Shown piece by piece: positions 35,606-45,627 of a stretch of DNA of 45,731 bases. The DNA is taken from NCBI GenBank assembly GCA_047637555.1, contig JBLIKX010000002.1:1-45731 (forward strand), written 5' to 3'. The position numbers were made by a program, and so were the translations under genes. The notes under the pieces are model-generated. The model was not told the DNA's origin, searched no databases, and was given only the letters and a program-made list of their open reading frames with translations. Source of the stretch: Crocinitomicaceae bacterium (GTDB taxonomy: Bacteria; Patescibacteriota; Minisyncoccia; Phycocordibacterales; UBA1006). The first letter of the stretch is position 1; each line of letters opens with the position of its first letter.

Positions 35606-36250
35606 ATGAACCAACTTCAACAATTCTCGCAGCTACCATTCGCACATCATGCTTATGGAATAGAGTCATCTCACTCGGTATTTTCTGAATTACAAGAAGT
35701 ACTTCCCCTTGATCATTTTTCATATGTTGTACAAAGGAAATATGAAACATTCAAAGTGGATGATGCACGGATGATTAAATCCTTGCAATCTGAAAAAACG
35801 GAAAAGGCTTCGCTGTTTATTCTGGAATTTTCATTAATTAACAGGGAAGCACAGAACGCATTATTAAAGGTTTTGGAGGAACCCGCATCACAAACTTATT
35901 TCTTTTTAGTATTTCCAAATACAAAAAAATTACTACCAACATTACAATCACGATTACAAATTGTTATGCATACGCCACAGGAAACTGGCGACTTACGTAT
36001 AAGTGCTAAAGAACTTAGCGAAATTGATCTGCAAAAGAGGTTTAATTTGATTAAGGATCTCACAGATAAAAAATCAGAATTAAAGATCACTAAATCGGAG
36101 GTCCTACATTTTTTAAATGATTGTGAGGTATATTTCCATGCGCAGAAAAAACATGATGTATTGCCGGTATTGTTTCAAGCTCGAGAATCAATGAATGCTA
36201 ATGGGTCCTCAGTCAAAATGATATTAGAGATGGTAGTTATTCATTTTTAA
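35606..36250 (+). CDS. holB: DNA polymerase III delta-prime-like clamp-loader subunit (short, no P-loop)
   Basis: The motif ALLKVLEEPASQTYFFLV and LPTLQSRLQ (SRC-like) are typical of the HolB/DnaX family. The N-terminus HAYGIESSHS lacks GxGK. I prefer the ATG at 35606 to the GTG at 35579. Confidence 0.7.
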   Translation: MNQLQQFSQLPFAHHAYGIESSHSVFSELQEVLPLDHFSYVVQRKYETFKVDDARMIKSLQSEKTEKASLFILEFSLINREAQNALLKVLEEPASQTYFFLVFPNTKKLLPTLQSRLQIVMHTPQETGDLRISAKELSEIDLQKRFNLIKDLTDKKSELKITKSEVLHFLNDCEVYFHAQKKHDVLPVLFQARESMNANGSSVKMILEMVVIHF

Positions 36251-36254
36251 TATT

Positions 36255-36491
36255 ATGAACATAAACGAACGAAAGCTACTTGAAAAATTGTCGAGCATTG
36301 GGCATGAACAATGGATGCAGTGGGCCAAAGATATCCTGGATAAAGAAAATTTCAGTTCCAAAACAAGAAAACGTTGGGAGTCATATTTTGTATCCTATGT
36401 AGATTTACCTGAGGATGTTAAGGATCTTGATCGCACCTTTGCTCAAAAAAGCATAGAAATATTCAAGAAGTATCAAAAAGAAAACAACTGA
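36255..36491 (+). CDS. Small hypothetical protein, possibly RyR-domain-like
   Basis: IGHEQWMQWAKDIL...FVSYVDLPEDVKDLDRTFAQKSIE loosely resembles the RyR repeat (H..W......, vpY.eLpeeeKe.dR). This is a weak, by-eye match. Confidence 0.4.
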   Translation: MNINERKLLEKLSSIGHEQWMQWAKDILDKENFSSKTRKRWESYFVSYVDLPEDVKDLDRTFAQKSIEIFKKYQKENN

Positions 36492-36530
36492 TTGTTTTCT
36501 TTTTGTTTTGAATTGCTATACTTTGTAAAT

Positions 36531-37076
36531 ATGAACTTCGATTTTAAACAAACAAAAGAACAATTTTCAGATGCAGAAAATTATTTGAAACAAGAATACT
36601 TACAAATTTCAACAGGACGAGCTAACCCTGCTCTTCTTGATGGAATTATGGTCAATTCATATGGGACGATGCAACCCATTAAAAATATTGCATCAATCAA
36701 CCTAGAAGATCCACGAACGATGAAGGTTACGCCTTGGGATAAAAGTCAGCTAAAAGATATTGAGAAAGCCATTACTGATTCACAATTACCATTCTCGTTG
36801 GCTGTTGATGATACTGGAGTACGTGTACACATTCCTCAGATGACAGAAGAGTCAAAAACCAAGATTCTAAAATTAGTAAAAGAAAAACTAGAAGATGGAC
36901 GAATAAAAGTACGTAATGTTCGCCAAGATACCATGAAGGTTATTGAATCTAACGATGAATCGTCTGATGATTCAAAAGCAAATTTTAAAGACGAACTTCA
37001 AAAATTAGTTGACGCATCTAACAAGTCTTTGGAAGAAATTTATGATAAAAAAGAAAACTCAATAATGTCAGTATAA
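36531..37076 (+). CDS. frr: Ribosome recycling factor
   Basis: Contains ISTGRANPALLDGIMV, the P-L-T-E-E-type segment IPQMTEESKTKILKLVK and RNVRQD. I chose the ATG at 36531 (TGcTATACT 8 nt upstream). Confidence 0.9.
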   Translation: MNFDFKQTKEQFSDAENYLKQEYLQISTGRANPALLDGIMVNSYGTMQPIKNIASINLEDPRTMKVTPWDKSQLKDIEKAITDSQLPFSLAVDDTGVRVHIPQMTEESKTKILKLVKEKLEDGRIKVRNVRQDTMKVIESNDESSDDSKANFKDELQKLVDASNKSLEEIYDKKENSIMSV

Positions 37077-37080
37077 TATT

Positions 37081-38181
37081 ATGAATATTATTATTTTTAT
37101 TCTCGTTTTGGGAATTTTGGTCTTTATTCACGAATTAGGACATTTTCTGTTTGCAAAACTATTTGGCATTCGTGTTGATGAATTTGGTTTCGGCTACCCA
37201 CCAAAAATGTTTCAGTTTGGAACCTACAAGGGAACCAAGCTAACTCTGAATTGGATTCCGTTTGGTGGATTCGTAAAAATATTTGGAGAAAATGACGACG
37301 ACACTGAGTTAACTAAAGAAGAAAAAAAAGTATCCTTGGTTCATAAACCTCGATGGCAACAGCTCTTGGTTATGTTTGGAGGAATTCTTTTTAATATTAT
37401 TTTTGCATGGGTGCTTCTTTCAAGTTTATATTTGAGCGGAGTAACAGCACCAATTGATAACGCTCCAAAAGGATATTCTTTTGAAGACACACAGCTGATT
37501 GTATCAGGAATTTTAGCTGATTCACCAGCAGAAAATTCAGGACTCTTGGTGGGTGATGAAATTGTTGAATATTATAACCAAAAAATTCAGACAAAGGTGA
37601 CAACTGAAACTATTATCGAGATCTCTGCATTTATAAATGCTACGGGTAATAATAATGATGTTGTTGGTTTTGTTGTCAGGCGTGATACCGATCAACTAGA
37701 GATTATCACGATCGAACCAAAAGAGGGCCTGATTGAAGATAAGTTTGGTCTAGGTATTAATATTGATCGAGTTGGTGAACTACAGCTGCCAATTCATAGT
37801 GCTTTGATTTATGGGGCAAAAAATACGGTTGCATTTACCAGCGCAATCTTGACAGGTTTTGGTCAATTGATTACCGGTAAAATTTCAATAGATAATGTTT
37901 CTGGTCCCGTAGGGATAGTCAAACAAGTAGGAGAGGCGAGTCGAATTGGATTTAGTTATCTGGTTGGATTTACGGCACTCTTGTCGTTAAATCTTGCTGT
38001 ATTAAATATTATTCCATTTCCTGCCCTGGATGGTGGACGTATGTTTATTATTCTTGTTGAATCGGTAATAAGAAAAAGACTCAAACCTAGAGTCGTCAAT
38101 ATGATAAATATTGTCGGGTTCTTTGCCTTGATATTATTAATGGTTTTAATAACTGTCAAAGATGTAATCAATTTATTCTAA
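37081..38181 (+). CDS. rseP: RIP site-2 metalloprotease RseP (M50 family)
   Basis: HELGHF zinc motif, a PDZ domain (SPAENSGLLVGDEIV) and the C-terminal NIIPFPALDGG. Confidence 0.9.
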   Translation: MNIIIFILVLGILVFIHELGHFLFAKLFGIRVDEFGFGYPPKMFQFGTYKGTKLTLNWIPFGGFVKIFGENDDDTELTKEEKKVSLVHKPRWQQLLVMFGGILFNIIFAWVLLSSLYLSGVTAPIDNAPKGYSFEDTQLIVSGILADSPAENSGLLVGDEIVEYYNQKIQTKVTTETIIEISAFINATGNNNDVVGFVVRRDTDQLEIITIEPKEGLIEDKFGLGINIDRVGELQLPIHSALIYGAKNTVAFTSAILTGFGQLITGKISIDNVSGPVGIVKQVGEASRIGFSYLVGFTALLSLNLAVLNIIPFPALDGGRMFIILVESVIRKRLKPRVVNMINIVGFFALILLMVLITVKDVINLF

Positions 38182-38190
38182 CAAATCAAA

Positions 38191-38214
38191 GAGAGACCAT
38201 TAGGTCTTTTTTTT
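38191..38214 (+). terminator. Intrinsic terminator after rseP
   Basis: GAGAGACC-atta-GGTCTTTTTTTT. Confidence 0.6.
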
Positions 38215-38227
38215 GTATACTAGTTCT

Positions 38228-39679
38228 ATGTTAATTACGGCTCTACTAAATAAAATAAAAACTAAAGATATTATTGGTTCTATGGAAAAAGATGTTGTAT
38301 TTCTCTCTCAGGATTCACGAGAAATTGAACATAGGGGTAGTTGTTATTTTGCAGTACCGGGAACTCAGGTTGATGGACACGACTACATTGATCAGGCTAT
38401 TAAGAATGGTGCTAGTGTTGTTGTATGTGAGATATTACCTGTTCATTTCAATAAAATTGTTACTTTTGTTGTCGTTGAGAATGTCAGAAAATCAATGGGA
38501 GAAGTTGCCTCTCATTTTTACGGTAACCCTTCAAAAGAAATTACTATTATCGCAGTAACAGGAACAAATGGAAAAACCAGTATTGCAACCTATGCTTCTC
38601 AGATACTTCAAAGTTTCGAGAAAAAAGTACTCCTACTTTCAACTGCTGGGGATTATTTCAATAGTATTAAGATACATATTAATAGAAAAGCTCCTTCTTC
38701 TCTGGAGGTTATAGAATTACAGAGAATCCTAAGGCACTACGTTGATCAAGGGGCAACGCATTGTTGTCTCGAAGCAACATCACAAGGTCTAGATCAAGAT
38801 AGGCTCTCTGGAGTTGATGTTGATATTGCTATCTTTAGTAATCTTGAGCGAGATCACCTTGATTATCATAAGACAATTGAAAATTATGCTGCCGCTAAAA
38901 AAAAATTATTTGATGATCTAAAAAAAGAGGCTATCGCGATAAGTAATTATGACGATCCCTGTGGAAAAATGATGATCAAAAACACCAAGGCAAAGGTTAT
39001 TAGTTATGGTAATAATAATAAGTATGATTATTCCTTTGATGCACCTCTTGTGGCCTTAGGAATGATTAATTGTAATTTTAATGCTAAACCTGTCTCTCTT
39101 CCTGTTGTTGGTTTATTTAATATTTATAATCTGTTAGTAGTGTATTCACTGTTATGTGAGCTTGGGTTTAGCACTCTAGATATCATTGAAAAGCTAAACA
39201 ATATATCAGGTGTACCTGGTCGAATGGAGCAAGTTATTAATAAGAGAAATATCCTGGCTCTTGTTGATTATGCTCACAGTCCCGGTGCTGTTGAATCAGT
39301 TTTATCTTCTCTAAAAGAAATTCCTCATAATAATATTATTACAGTGATTGGTTGTGGAGGTGATCGGGATAGAACTAAACGACCATTAATGGCTGCTGTC
39401 GCTCAACAAATGAGTGATCACGTTATCTATACCTCTGATAACCCTAGAACTGAATCCTTAGATCAAATTTTTTCTGATATGAGTTCAGGTATTAATCAGG
39501 ATAAGCAGAACTTTGAATATATTTCATCACGTGAAGAAGCTATTGTCTCAGCAATAAAAAACGCAGATAAGGGTGATATAATTTTGGTTGCAGGTAAGGG
39601 TCATGAAGATTATCAGATTATTGGTACTAAAAAGATACATTTTAATGATGTAGAGATTATGACAAAATATTTGTCATAG
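38228..39679 (+). CDS. murE: UDP-N-acetylmuramoyl-L-alanyl-D-glutamate--2,6-diaminopimelate ligase
   Basis: Mur ligase P-loop GTNGKTS. The DNPR motif (YTSDNPRTE) indicates meso-DAP specificity. I prefer the ATG at 38228 (TATACT 6 nt upstream) to the TTG at 38213. Confidence 0.9.
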   Translation: MLITALLNKIKTKDIIGSMEKDVVFLSQDSREIEHRGSCYFAVPGTQVDGHDYIDQAIKNGASVVVCEILPVHFNKIVTFVVVENVRKSMGEVASHFYGNPSKEITIIAVTGTNGKTSIATYASQILQSFEKKVLLLSTAGDYFNSIKIHINRKAPSSLEVIELQRILRHYVDQGATHCCLEATSQGLDQDRLSGVDVDIAIFSNLERDHLDYHKTIENYAAAKKKLFDDLKKEAIAISNYDDPCGKMMIKNTKAKVISYGNNNKYDYSFDAPLVALGMINCNFNAKPVSLPVVGLFNIYNLLVVYSLLCELGFSTLDIIEKLNNISGVPGRMEQVINKRNILALVDYAHSPGAVESVLSSLKEIPHNNIITVIGCGGDRDRTKRPLMAAVAQQMSDHVIYTSDNPRTESLDQIFSDMSSGINQDKQNFEYISSREEAIVSAIKNADKGDIILVAGKGHEDYQIIGTKKIHFNDVEIMTKYLS

Positions 39680-39749
39680 GTATTATTTTTCAATGAATCC
39701 CGAATAATAGACCTTACGATACGAACTACCGGTTGAACTCAAAGAACTT

Positions 39750-39776
39750 AAAAACAACTCACAATGAGTTGTTTTT
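39750..39776. terminator. Bidirectional terminator shared by convergent murE and murC (overlaps the last murC codons)
   Basis: AAAAACAACTCA-caa-TGAGTTGTTTTT. Confidence 0.6.
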
Positions 39777-41075
39777 AAGCGCATGACTAAATTTCCAAAT
39801 GTCTCCAGCCCCTGCACTAACAACAATGTATTTGTTGTTAAATTGCATTGATTTAAATTGTTTAATGAAATCATTAGTTTCACTAACCGTTATTAGCTCT
39901 ACCTTTGATGTATCAATATATTGTTCTAGCAGGTAATTTTCCTGAGGAATTTCATCTTCACGGGCGCGGTAGGTTGGAAATAAATAAAGAATATCTACCT
40001 TTTCTACAGCCTGAGCAAATTCATTTTTAAAGTCTCGAGTTCGAGAATAGAGATGTGGCTCAAACAACATAATAATTTTTTTGTCTGGATAAAAATCGCG
40101 TAAACCTTTTATTAAATAAGTTAGACCTTCTGGGTTATGCGCATAGTCATCAAATATTTGAATACCAGAAGTGGTCATTCCTACATGTTCCATTCTACGC
40201 TGTACTCCTTGAAAATATTTAGCGAGATATTCACGTGCATCAACAAGAGAGAGTCCAAGAGCCTCTATAACTCCTAGGGTCGCTGCAGCATTTTGAAGAT
40301 TATGTTCTCCTGGAAGGGATAGTGTAAGATCTTTGGTGAGATGTTTACGATAATCAATAATTGTAATATTCTCTTTCTTTGCCTCATTAATTATTGTCAA
40401 TAAGTGAGGTTGATCTGTGTTACATACGAGAACTCCATCTTTTTTGTGATTCTTTAAAAATTTCTTAAAGGTGTCTTGTATATGAGCAAGGTCAGAAAAA
40501 TAATCTAAATGATCTTCAGTAATATTAGTCACAACAAGAATATCATAGTAAATATTCAAAAAAGATTCTTTGTATTCACATGCTTCAGTAATAAAAAAAT
40601 CAGATTGCCCTGAAACATAGTTGCTGTCATATTTCTGAAGTAGAGCACCAACGATACCAGAAGGGTCTGCGCCTAGGTGTTTCATGACTTCAATAATCAT
40701 TGCGGTAGTCGTTGTTTTACCATTAGTTCCTGAGACAGCTATGGTTTTTTTTATTGCTGATATTTTACCTAAAAGCTCTGGGTAAGACATTAATGGAATA
40801 TCATAGTTCAGTGCCTCCTTGTATTCTATGTTGGATGCTGGAATTGCTGGGGAATATACTACTAAATCATGATCCACATGAATGTTTTCTGCTCTAGCTC
40901 CTATAAATATTTGAGCCTCATAATTATCTTCTAGATCCTTGGTTAAGGATGATGTCTGAACATCAGAACCAGTTACCGTTATGTTATAGTCTCGCGCTAG
41001 CTTTGCCATAGCTGATACACCAACGCCACCTATACCTATAAAATGTATTTTTTTAATTCCCTCAAAAAGTTTCAT
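39759..41075 (-). CDS. murC: UDP-N-acetylmuramate--L-alanine ligase
   Basis: N-terminal HFIGIGGVGVSAMA and P-loop GTNGKTTTTAM. TATAAT lies 7 nt upstream of the ATG. Confidence 0.9.
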   Translation of the reverse strand: MKLFEGIKKIHFIGIGGVGVSAMAKLARDYNITVTGSDVQTSSLTKDLEDNYEAQIFIGARAENIHVDHDLVVYSPAIPASNIEYKEALNYDIPLMSYPELLGKISAIKKTIAVSGTNGKTTTTAMIIEVMKHLGADPSGIVGALLQKYDSNYVSGQSDFFITEACEYKESFLNIYYDILVVTNITEDHLDYFSDLAHIQDTFKKFLKNHKKDGVLVCNTDQPHLLTIINEAKKENITIIDYRKHLTKDLTLSLPGEHNLQNAAATLGVIEALGLSLVDAREYLAKYFQGVQRRMEHVGMTTSGIQIFDDYAHNPEGLTYLIKGLRDFYPDKKIIMLFEPHLYSRTRDFKNEFAQAVEKVDILYLFPTYRAREDEIPQENYLLEQYIDTSKVELITVSETNDFIKQFKSMQFNNKYIVVSAGAGDIWKFSHALKNNSL

Positions 41076-41120
41076 ACTTTTAATTATAAACGTTCTACAA
41101 ATAAAAAAAACTTATATAAG

Positions 41121-42494
41121 TTATTTTTTAATATATTTTTTTACGTAACGCACATATTGATCGCCTCGCTCGTACTCATTATTAAATACACCAAATGAAG
41201 CGGCTCCAGGTGAAAGGATAATAATATCTCCTGGTCCTGCATGGTTAATAGCAAGGTTAAATGATGTCTTCATGCTTAATGTTTCGGTAAAGTTCTCAAA
41301 ACGTGGAGGAAAGCACTCACGTAATTTATCAGTTGCTCCTCCAGAAAATAATAATGAAAACTTGATATTTTTCGCGACGTATTTTGCCATTTTATGATAA
41401 TGAAATTCTTTATCAGCACCGCCTCCAATAAGAATAATATTTTTATCTGGATATTTTTTCTGTAGTGATTGTAGTGAAGCGATTGTTGATTCAGGAGTAG
41501 TCGAGTTATTATCATTAAAAAACAAAATTTTATTTTCTGATGTTCCAATATTCTGAAAACGACCATCCACACCAAGGAATTCTACAAGAGCTTCTTTGAT
41601 AATATTTTGTGAAATATTTAGAAGTTTCCCTACGTGGAAGGCTTGAGCGATATTTTTTTCATTATGTTTACCAAAAATGTGATAGGTCCAAGATTTGGGT
41701 ACATGTTTGAATTGAGCAACTATTTTTTTGGAATAAATGGTTCCTTTGTAATATTTACGTATTGCTTTTAACGAACTACTTGTGAGAACTAAATGGGTAT
41801 CATTACCTTGATATTTAAAAATAGAAGATTTATCTTTAAAATATGTTTTCATCGATCCTTTGTAATAATTCAAATGGTCTTCAAAGAAATTTGTAAAAAC
41901 AGAAATATCTGGAGAAATTTTTACCGTGTGTAATCCTTGTAATTGCCATGAATCAAGTTCTGCTAATATTATATCACCATCTTTAATTTTTGCTAAAAGT
42001 GGTAAATTTGCAATACCTCGTATATTGCCAGCAAGGTGATAGCTAATATCTGTTTTTTTTAATATTGCCTCTACTAGCCCTGTTGTTGTTGATTTTCCTT
42101 TTGAACCAGTAATCCCAATGATGGTAACGTTTATCTTTTCTTTTTTTAATATTTCCAGTACAAGACCAAAAGACATATGCACAGGAATAGTGTCTGTTTT
42201 TGCTGTTTCTATGTATTTACTCTCCAAAGGTACGCCTGCGCCCTTTATAATGAGGTCACGATCTCTAAAGTCCTGAACAATGTGTTTTCCTGTTGTGTAT
42301 TCTATGTTCTTATACTTTTTTAATAGACGAAGAGATTTTTTAAGTTTGGATGCTTCTTTTATATCAGTAGCTATTATATTTGCACCACAAGAGGCGAGAA
42401 ATTTAATATCACCCACACCACGACCAAGAACCCCGATTCCCATAACAGTAATTCTTTTATCGCGAAAATAATTTTCATATTGCGACTTTTTCAT
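41121..42494 (-). CDS. murD: UDP-N-acetylmuramoylalanine--D-glutamate ligase
   Basis: N-terminal Rossmann motif VMGIGVLGRG and P-loop GSKGKSTTTGL, with the MurD domain order. Confidence 0.85.
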   Translation of the reverse strand: MKKSQYENYFRDKRITVMGIGVLGRGVGDIKFLASCGANIIATDIKEASKLKKSLRLLKKYKNIEYTTGKHIVQDFRDRDLIIKGAGVPLESKYIETAKTDTIPVHMSFGLVLEILKKEKINVTIIGITGSKGKSTTTGLVEAILKKTDISYHLAGNIRGIANLPLLAKIKDGDIILAELDSWQLQGLHTVKISPDISVFTNFFEDHLNYYKGSMKTYFKDKSSIFKYQGNDTHLVLTSSSLKAIRKYYKGTIYSKKIVAQFKHVPKSWTYHIFGKHNEKNIAQAFHVGKLLNISQNIIKEALVEFLGVDGRFQNIGTSENKILFFNDNNSTTPESTIASLQSLQKKYPDKNIILIGGGADKEFHYHKMAKYVAKNIKFSLLFSGGATDKLRECFPPRFENFTETLSMKTSFNLAINHAGPGDIIILSPGAASFGVFNNEYERGDQYVRYVKKYIKK

Positions 42495-42501
42495 GTATTC
42501 A

Positions 42502-42507
42502 AGTATA
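42502..42507 (-). promoter_or_regulatory. -10 box (TATACT) 7 nt upstream of the murD ATG
   Basis: The minus strand reads GGTATACT-tgaatac-ATG. Confidence 0.45.
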
Positions 42508-42771
42508 CCTATAGATCTTTTTTAATAAAGTAATAGTAACCATTAAATACTTGAACTCTCATCAGTAAATCACAATATAAGAAAAGAAATCATAAAAATG
42601 CCAGTAATAAAAGCAGTAAAAAAATTTGTACTTATTTGTATTACTTTTATTTGTTTGTAAATAGTGCGGCCAATTGTTGGAGACAATATTAGTGCTCAGT
42701 ATAGATAATTTATAACCACACATTAAGACAGTGAGTCTTTATTTTTCGAAGATTTTTTTCTTTTGTAATTT

Positions 42772-42780
42772 TGGTATAAT
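42772..42780 (+). promoter_or_regulatory. Extended -10 (TGgTATAAT) 7 nt upstream of the murF ATG
   Basis: The sequence reads TGGTATAAT-ttttgat-ATG at 42788. Confidence 0.5.
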
Positions 42781-42787
42781 TTTTGAT

Positions 42788-44092
42788 ATGGATATTATCT
42801 CTCTTTATAAAAAATTTATTGAATGTAATCAAATTATTTCAACAGATTCCCGGACTCTTGAATTAGGGTCACTATTTTTTGGTTGGAAAGGGGAAATTCT
42901 TGATGGAAACAATTTTGCAAGTGACGCTTTGGAGAAAGGTGCAAAATATGCCGTTATAGATAATCCTGATTTTTTCATTGATCACAGGACTATTGTCGTC
43001 CCTAATGTTATCAAGGCATTTCAAGACCTTGCTCGACATCATAGAAGGCAATTTAATATCCCAGTTATAGCTATTGGAGGAAGTAACGGTAAAACAACAA
43101 CAAAAGAATTAGTTGCGGATATTTTATCAACTCAAAAAAAAGTCGTGTCGTCTCATGCCAGTTTGAATAATCATATAGGTGTTCCAATGACTCTTTTCAG
43201 AATTACAAATCACACTGATATTGCGGTGATTGAAATGGGTGCGAATCATATTGGTGAGATTGCGGAACTTTGTATTATTGCTGCTCCCACACACGGACTT
43301 ATTACTAATATAGGCAGAGATCATATTGGTCACTTTGGTAGTCAAGACGCAATAATTAAAGCAAACGCTGAACTTTATGATTATTTGCGTCTATCTAAGG
43401 GCGAAGCTTTGGTAAATAAAAATAATCTAACCTTGATGAAGTTTTCAGAAGGGGTAAGGCAAACATGTTATGCCGAGGGTGTGATTGGTGAGTTTGGTAT
43501 TGAATCTCATGATACTGCCCCGTATGTTTCTGTTATATGGAAGGGCTCACTAATAGAAACTCAATTAACGGGTGAGTATAATGTTGAAAATATTTTGGCT
43601 GCTATTGCTGTAGGGGTATATTTTGATATTCGTGAGAATAACATAATATCAGCTCTAGAATCATACGTACCACAAAATAACAGATCTGAAATACTTGAAA
43701 CAATCCAAGGAAACATTGTTATAAAAGATTTCTACAATGCTAATAGAACAAGTATGAAAGCATCATTAAATAATCTTGCACATATACAAAAAAAATATCC
43801 GGAGAAAAAAAATATAGCTATTTTAGGTGACATGCTAGATCTAGGTGAATATACTCGAATGGAACATCAAGCGGTTCTTGATTATGCTATTAGTTTAGAT
43901 ATAAAAATTATCATACTTATTGGGAAAGAATTCTCTCAGATAAAAAACATCAAAGATAATGTTACTCAGTACCTAAGTGTTGAACAGGCTCTTTTAACCA
44001 TGAAAGAGAAATTAGCCGGAAATAGTATCATTTTATTAAAAGCTTCAAATGGTACTAATTTTAAGAAACTATTTTCAGAGACTGCTTGGTAA
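42788..44092 (+). CDS. murF: UDP-N-acetylmuramoyl-tripeptide--D-alanyl-D-alanine ligase
   Basis: P-loop GSNGKTTTKE, the TNIGRDHIGHFGS motif and the MurF domain order. I prefer the ATG at 42788 to the GTG at 42731. Confidence 0.9.
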   Translation: MDIISLYKKFIECNQIISTDSRTLELGSLFFGWKGEILDGNNFASDALEKGAKYAVIDNPDFFIDHRTIVVPNVIKAFQDLARHHRRQFNIPVIAIGGSNGKTTTKELVADILSTQKKVVSSHASLNNHIGVPMTLFRITNHTDIAVIEMGANHIGEIAELCIIAAPTHGLITNIGRDHIGHFGSQDAIIKANAELYDYLRLSKGEALVNKNNLTLMKFSEGVRQTCYAEGVIGEFGIESHDTAPYVSVIWKGSLIETQLTGEYNVENILAAIAVGVYFDIRENNIISALESYVPQNNRSEILETIQGNIVIKDFYNANRTSMKASLNNLAHIQKKYPEKKNIAILGDMLDLGEYTRMEHQAVLDYAISLDIKIIILIGKEFSQIKNIKDNVTQYLSVEQALLTMKEKLAGNSIILLKASNGTNFKKLFSETAW

Positions 44093-44146
44093 TTTGATAT
44101 AAAAAAAGCTTACCTAAGTTCTTTTTTTCGTTATACTAGAGACGTA

Positions 44147-45370
44147 ATGAAACTTGCTCAGTATAAAAAAATTAAACTTCCAAAAAAACCAGGTGTCTAT
44201 TTCTTTAAAAAAGGAGATGATATTTTATATATTGGAAAAGCAACCAATCTTTCACAAAGAACCAATAGCTATCTTCAAAAAAACCTTATGGAAACGCGAG
44301 GTCCATTAATTGTTAAAATGGTAGAGGATACTACGAGTCTGGAGTGGAAACAAACCGACTCAGCCTTGGAGGCGCTTTTACTGGAATCGTATCTTATTAA
44401 GCAGAATCAACCCGAATACAACACAAAAGAAAAGGACAACAAGAGTTATAACTATGTCGTTATTACTGATGAACCGCTGCCACGTATTTATACGGTCCGA
44501 CAACGTACACTTAATATTATCCAAGGAAATAAAGAACAGTCTTTGCTGCACGTTTTTGGACCTTTTCCATCACGTGAACAACTTACTACTGCTTTAAAAA
44601 TTATACGTAAAATTTTTCCTTTTTATGGAAAAAAAACTATTCAAAATCATAATATTGAATTTTACAAACAGCTTGGTTTAGTGCCAGATAGTACTGATCA
44701 AGAGTCGCAAACGGTGTATCAAAAGAATGTTGAATATATAGCGTTCTTTTTTAAGGGTCAAAAAAAGTCCCTCATTAGCACCCTTAAAAAGGAAATGATG
44801 GAATATGCTAAGGCTTTAAAATTTGAACGGGCTCAAGTAATTAAAAAACAAATATTCTCACTAGAACATATTCATGACATTGCCTTACTCAAATATGATT
44901 TTGAAGTGTCACAGTATTTAGTTAGCTTTAGAATTGAAGCTTACGATATCGCACACATGCAGGGCGACGCAATGGTTGGGGTAATGGTGGTATATGATGG
45001 TGTTGAGATTAATTCTTCAGAACACCGCGTATTCACTATTCGTTCTGTAGATCGATCAAATGATACTGCAGCATTATATGAGGTTGTTAAGAGACGATTT
45101 ACGCATCCTGAATGGGCTTATCCAGATATTATTGTAGTAGATGGTGGTATTGCTCAAAAAAGGTTTGTTGAGAAAGCATTACGTGAAGCCAATCTAAAAA
45201 TCCCTGTTATTGCGGTGGTAAAAGATCATAAACACAAGGCACGAGAGTTATTAGGGCAAAAAAAGATTTCAGAAAAACATGCACGAGAAATTGTTGCGTT
45301 AAATAATGAATCCCATCGCTTTGCCTTAAAACAACATAAAAATAAGCGTGATAAGAATTTTCTGAAATAA
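44147..45370 (+). CDS. uvrC: Excinuclease ABC subunit C-like protein lacking the C-terminal (HhH)2 domain
   Basis: GIY-YIG domain (PGVYFF...ILYIGKATNLSQRTNSY...EYN), UVR domain (MEYAKALKFERAQVIKKQI) and RNase H-like endonuclease domain (RIEAYDIAHMQG). It ends at 407 aa, against about 600 aa for typical UvrC. Confidence 0.75.
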   Translation: MKLAQYKKIKLPKKPGVYFFKKGDDILYIGKATNLSQRTNSYLQKNLMETRGPLIVKMVEDTTSLEWKQTDSALEALLLESYLIKQNQPEYNTKEKDNKSYNYVVITDEPLPRIYTVRQRTLNIIQGNKEQSLLHVFGPFPSREQLTTALKIIRKIFPFYGKKTIQNHNIEFYKQLGLVPDSTDQESQTVYQKNVEYIAFFFKGQKKSLISTLKKEMMEYAKALKFERAQVIKKQIFSLEHIHDIALLKYDFEVSQYLVSFRIEAYDIAHMQGDAMVGVMVVYDGVEINSSEHRVFTIRSVDRSNDTAALYEVVKRRFTHPEWAYPDIIVVDGGIAQKRFVEKALREANLKIPVIAVVKDHKHKARELLGQKKISEKHAREIVALNNESHRFALKQHKNKRDKNFLK

Positions 45371-45483
45371 AACAGAATTCCTTGCGCTTGCATAATCCAG
45401 TCCATTGCATATAATACTTCTCAGTTGTTCTTTTGAGAGCTTGCTCTCGCTAATTTACAACACAACAATTTATTGTTGTATTG

Positions 45484-45557
45484 GGGCCCGTAGCTCATCT
45501 GGCTAGAGCGCCTCACTTGCACTGAGGAGGTGGCAGGTTCGAGTCCTGTCGGGTCCA
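45484..45557 (+). tRNA. tRNA-Ala (anticodon UGC)
   Basis: Acceptor GGGCCCG/CGGGTCC with the G3:U70 alanine identity pair; anticodon stem-loop CCTCA-CTTGCAC-TGAGG; T-loop TTCGAGT. It is followed by CCC rather than CCA. Confidence 0.9.
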
Positions 45558-45627
45558 CCCGAAACAAAAGTAATGTGAAAACATTGCTTTTTGTATACAA
45601 TTTCTCTAAAAAACGTATACTCACAAT

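Noticed and set aside
39683-39883. A 66-aa minus-strand ORF overlapping the murC 3' end.
   Set aside because: It is in a different frame of the murC tail and spans the murE/murC terminator. It is a shadow ORF.
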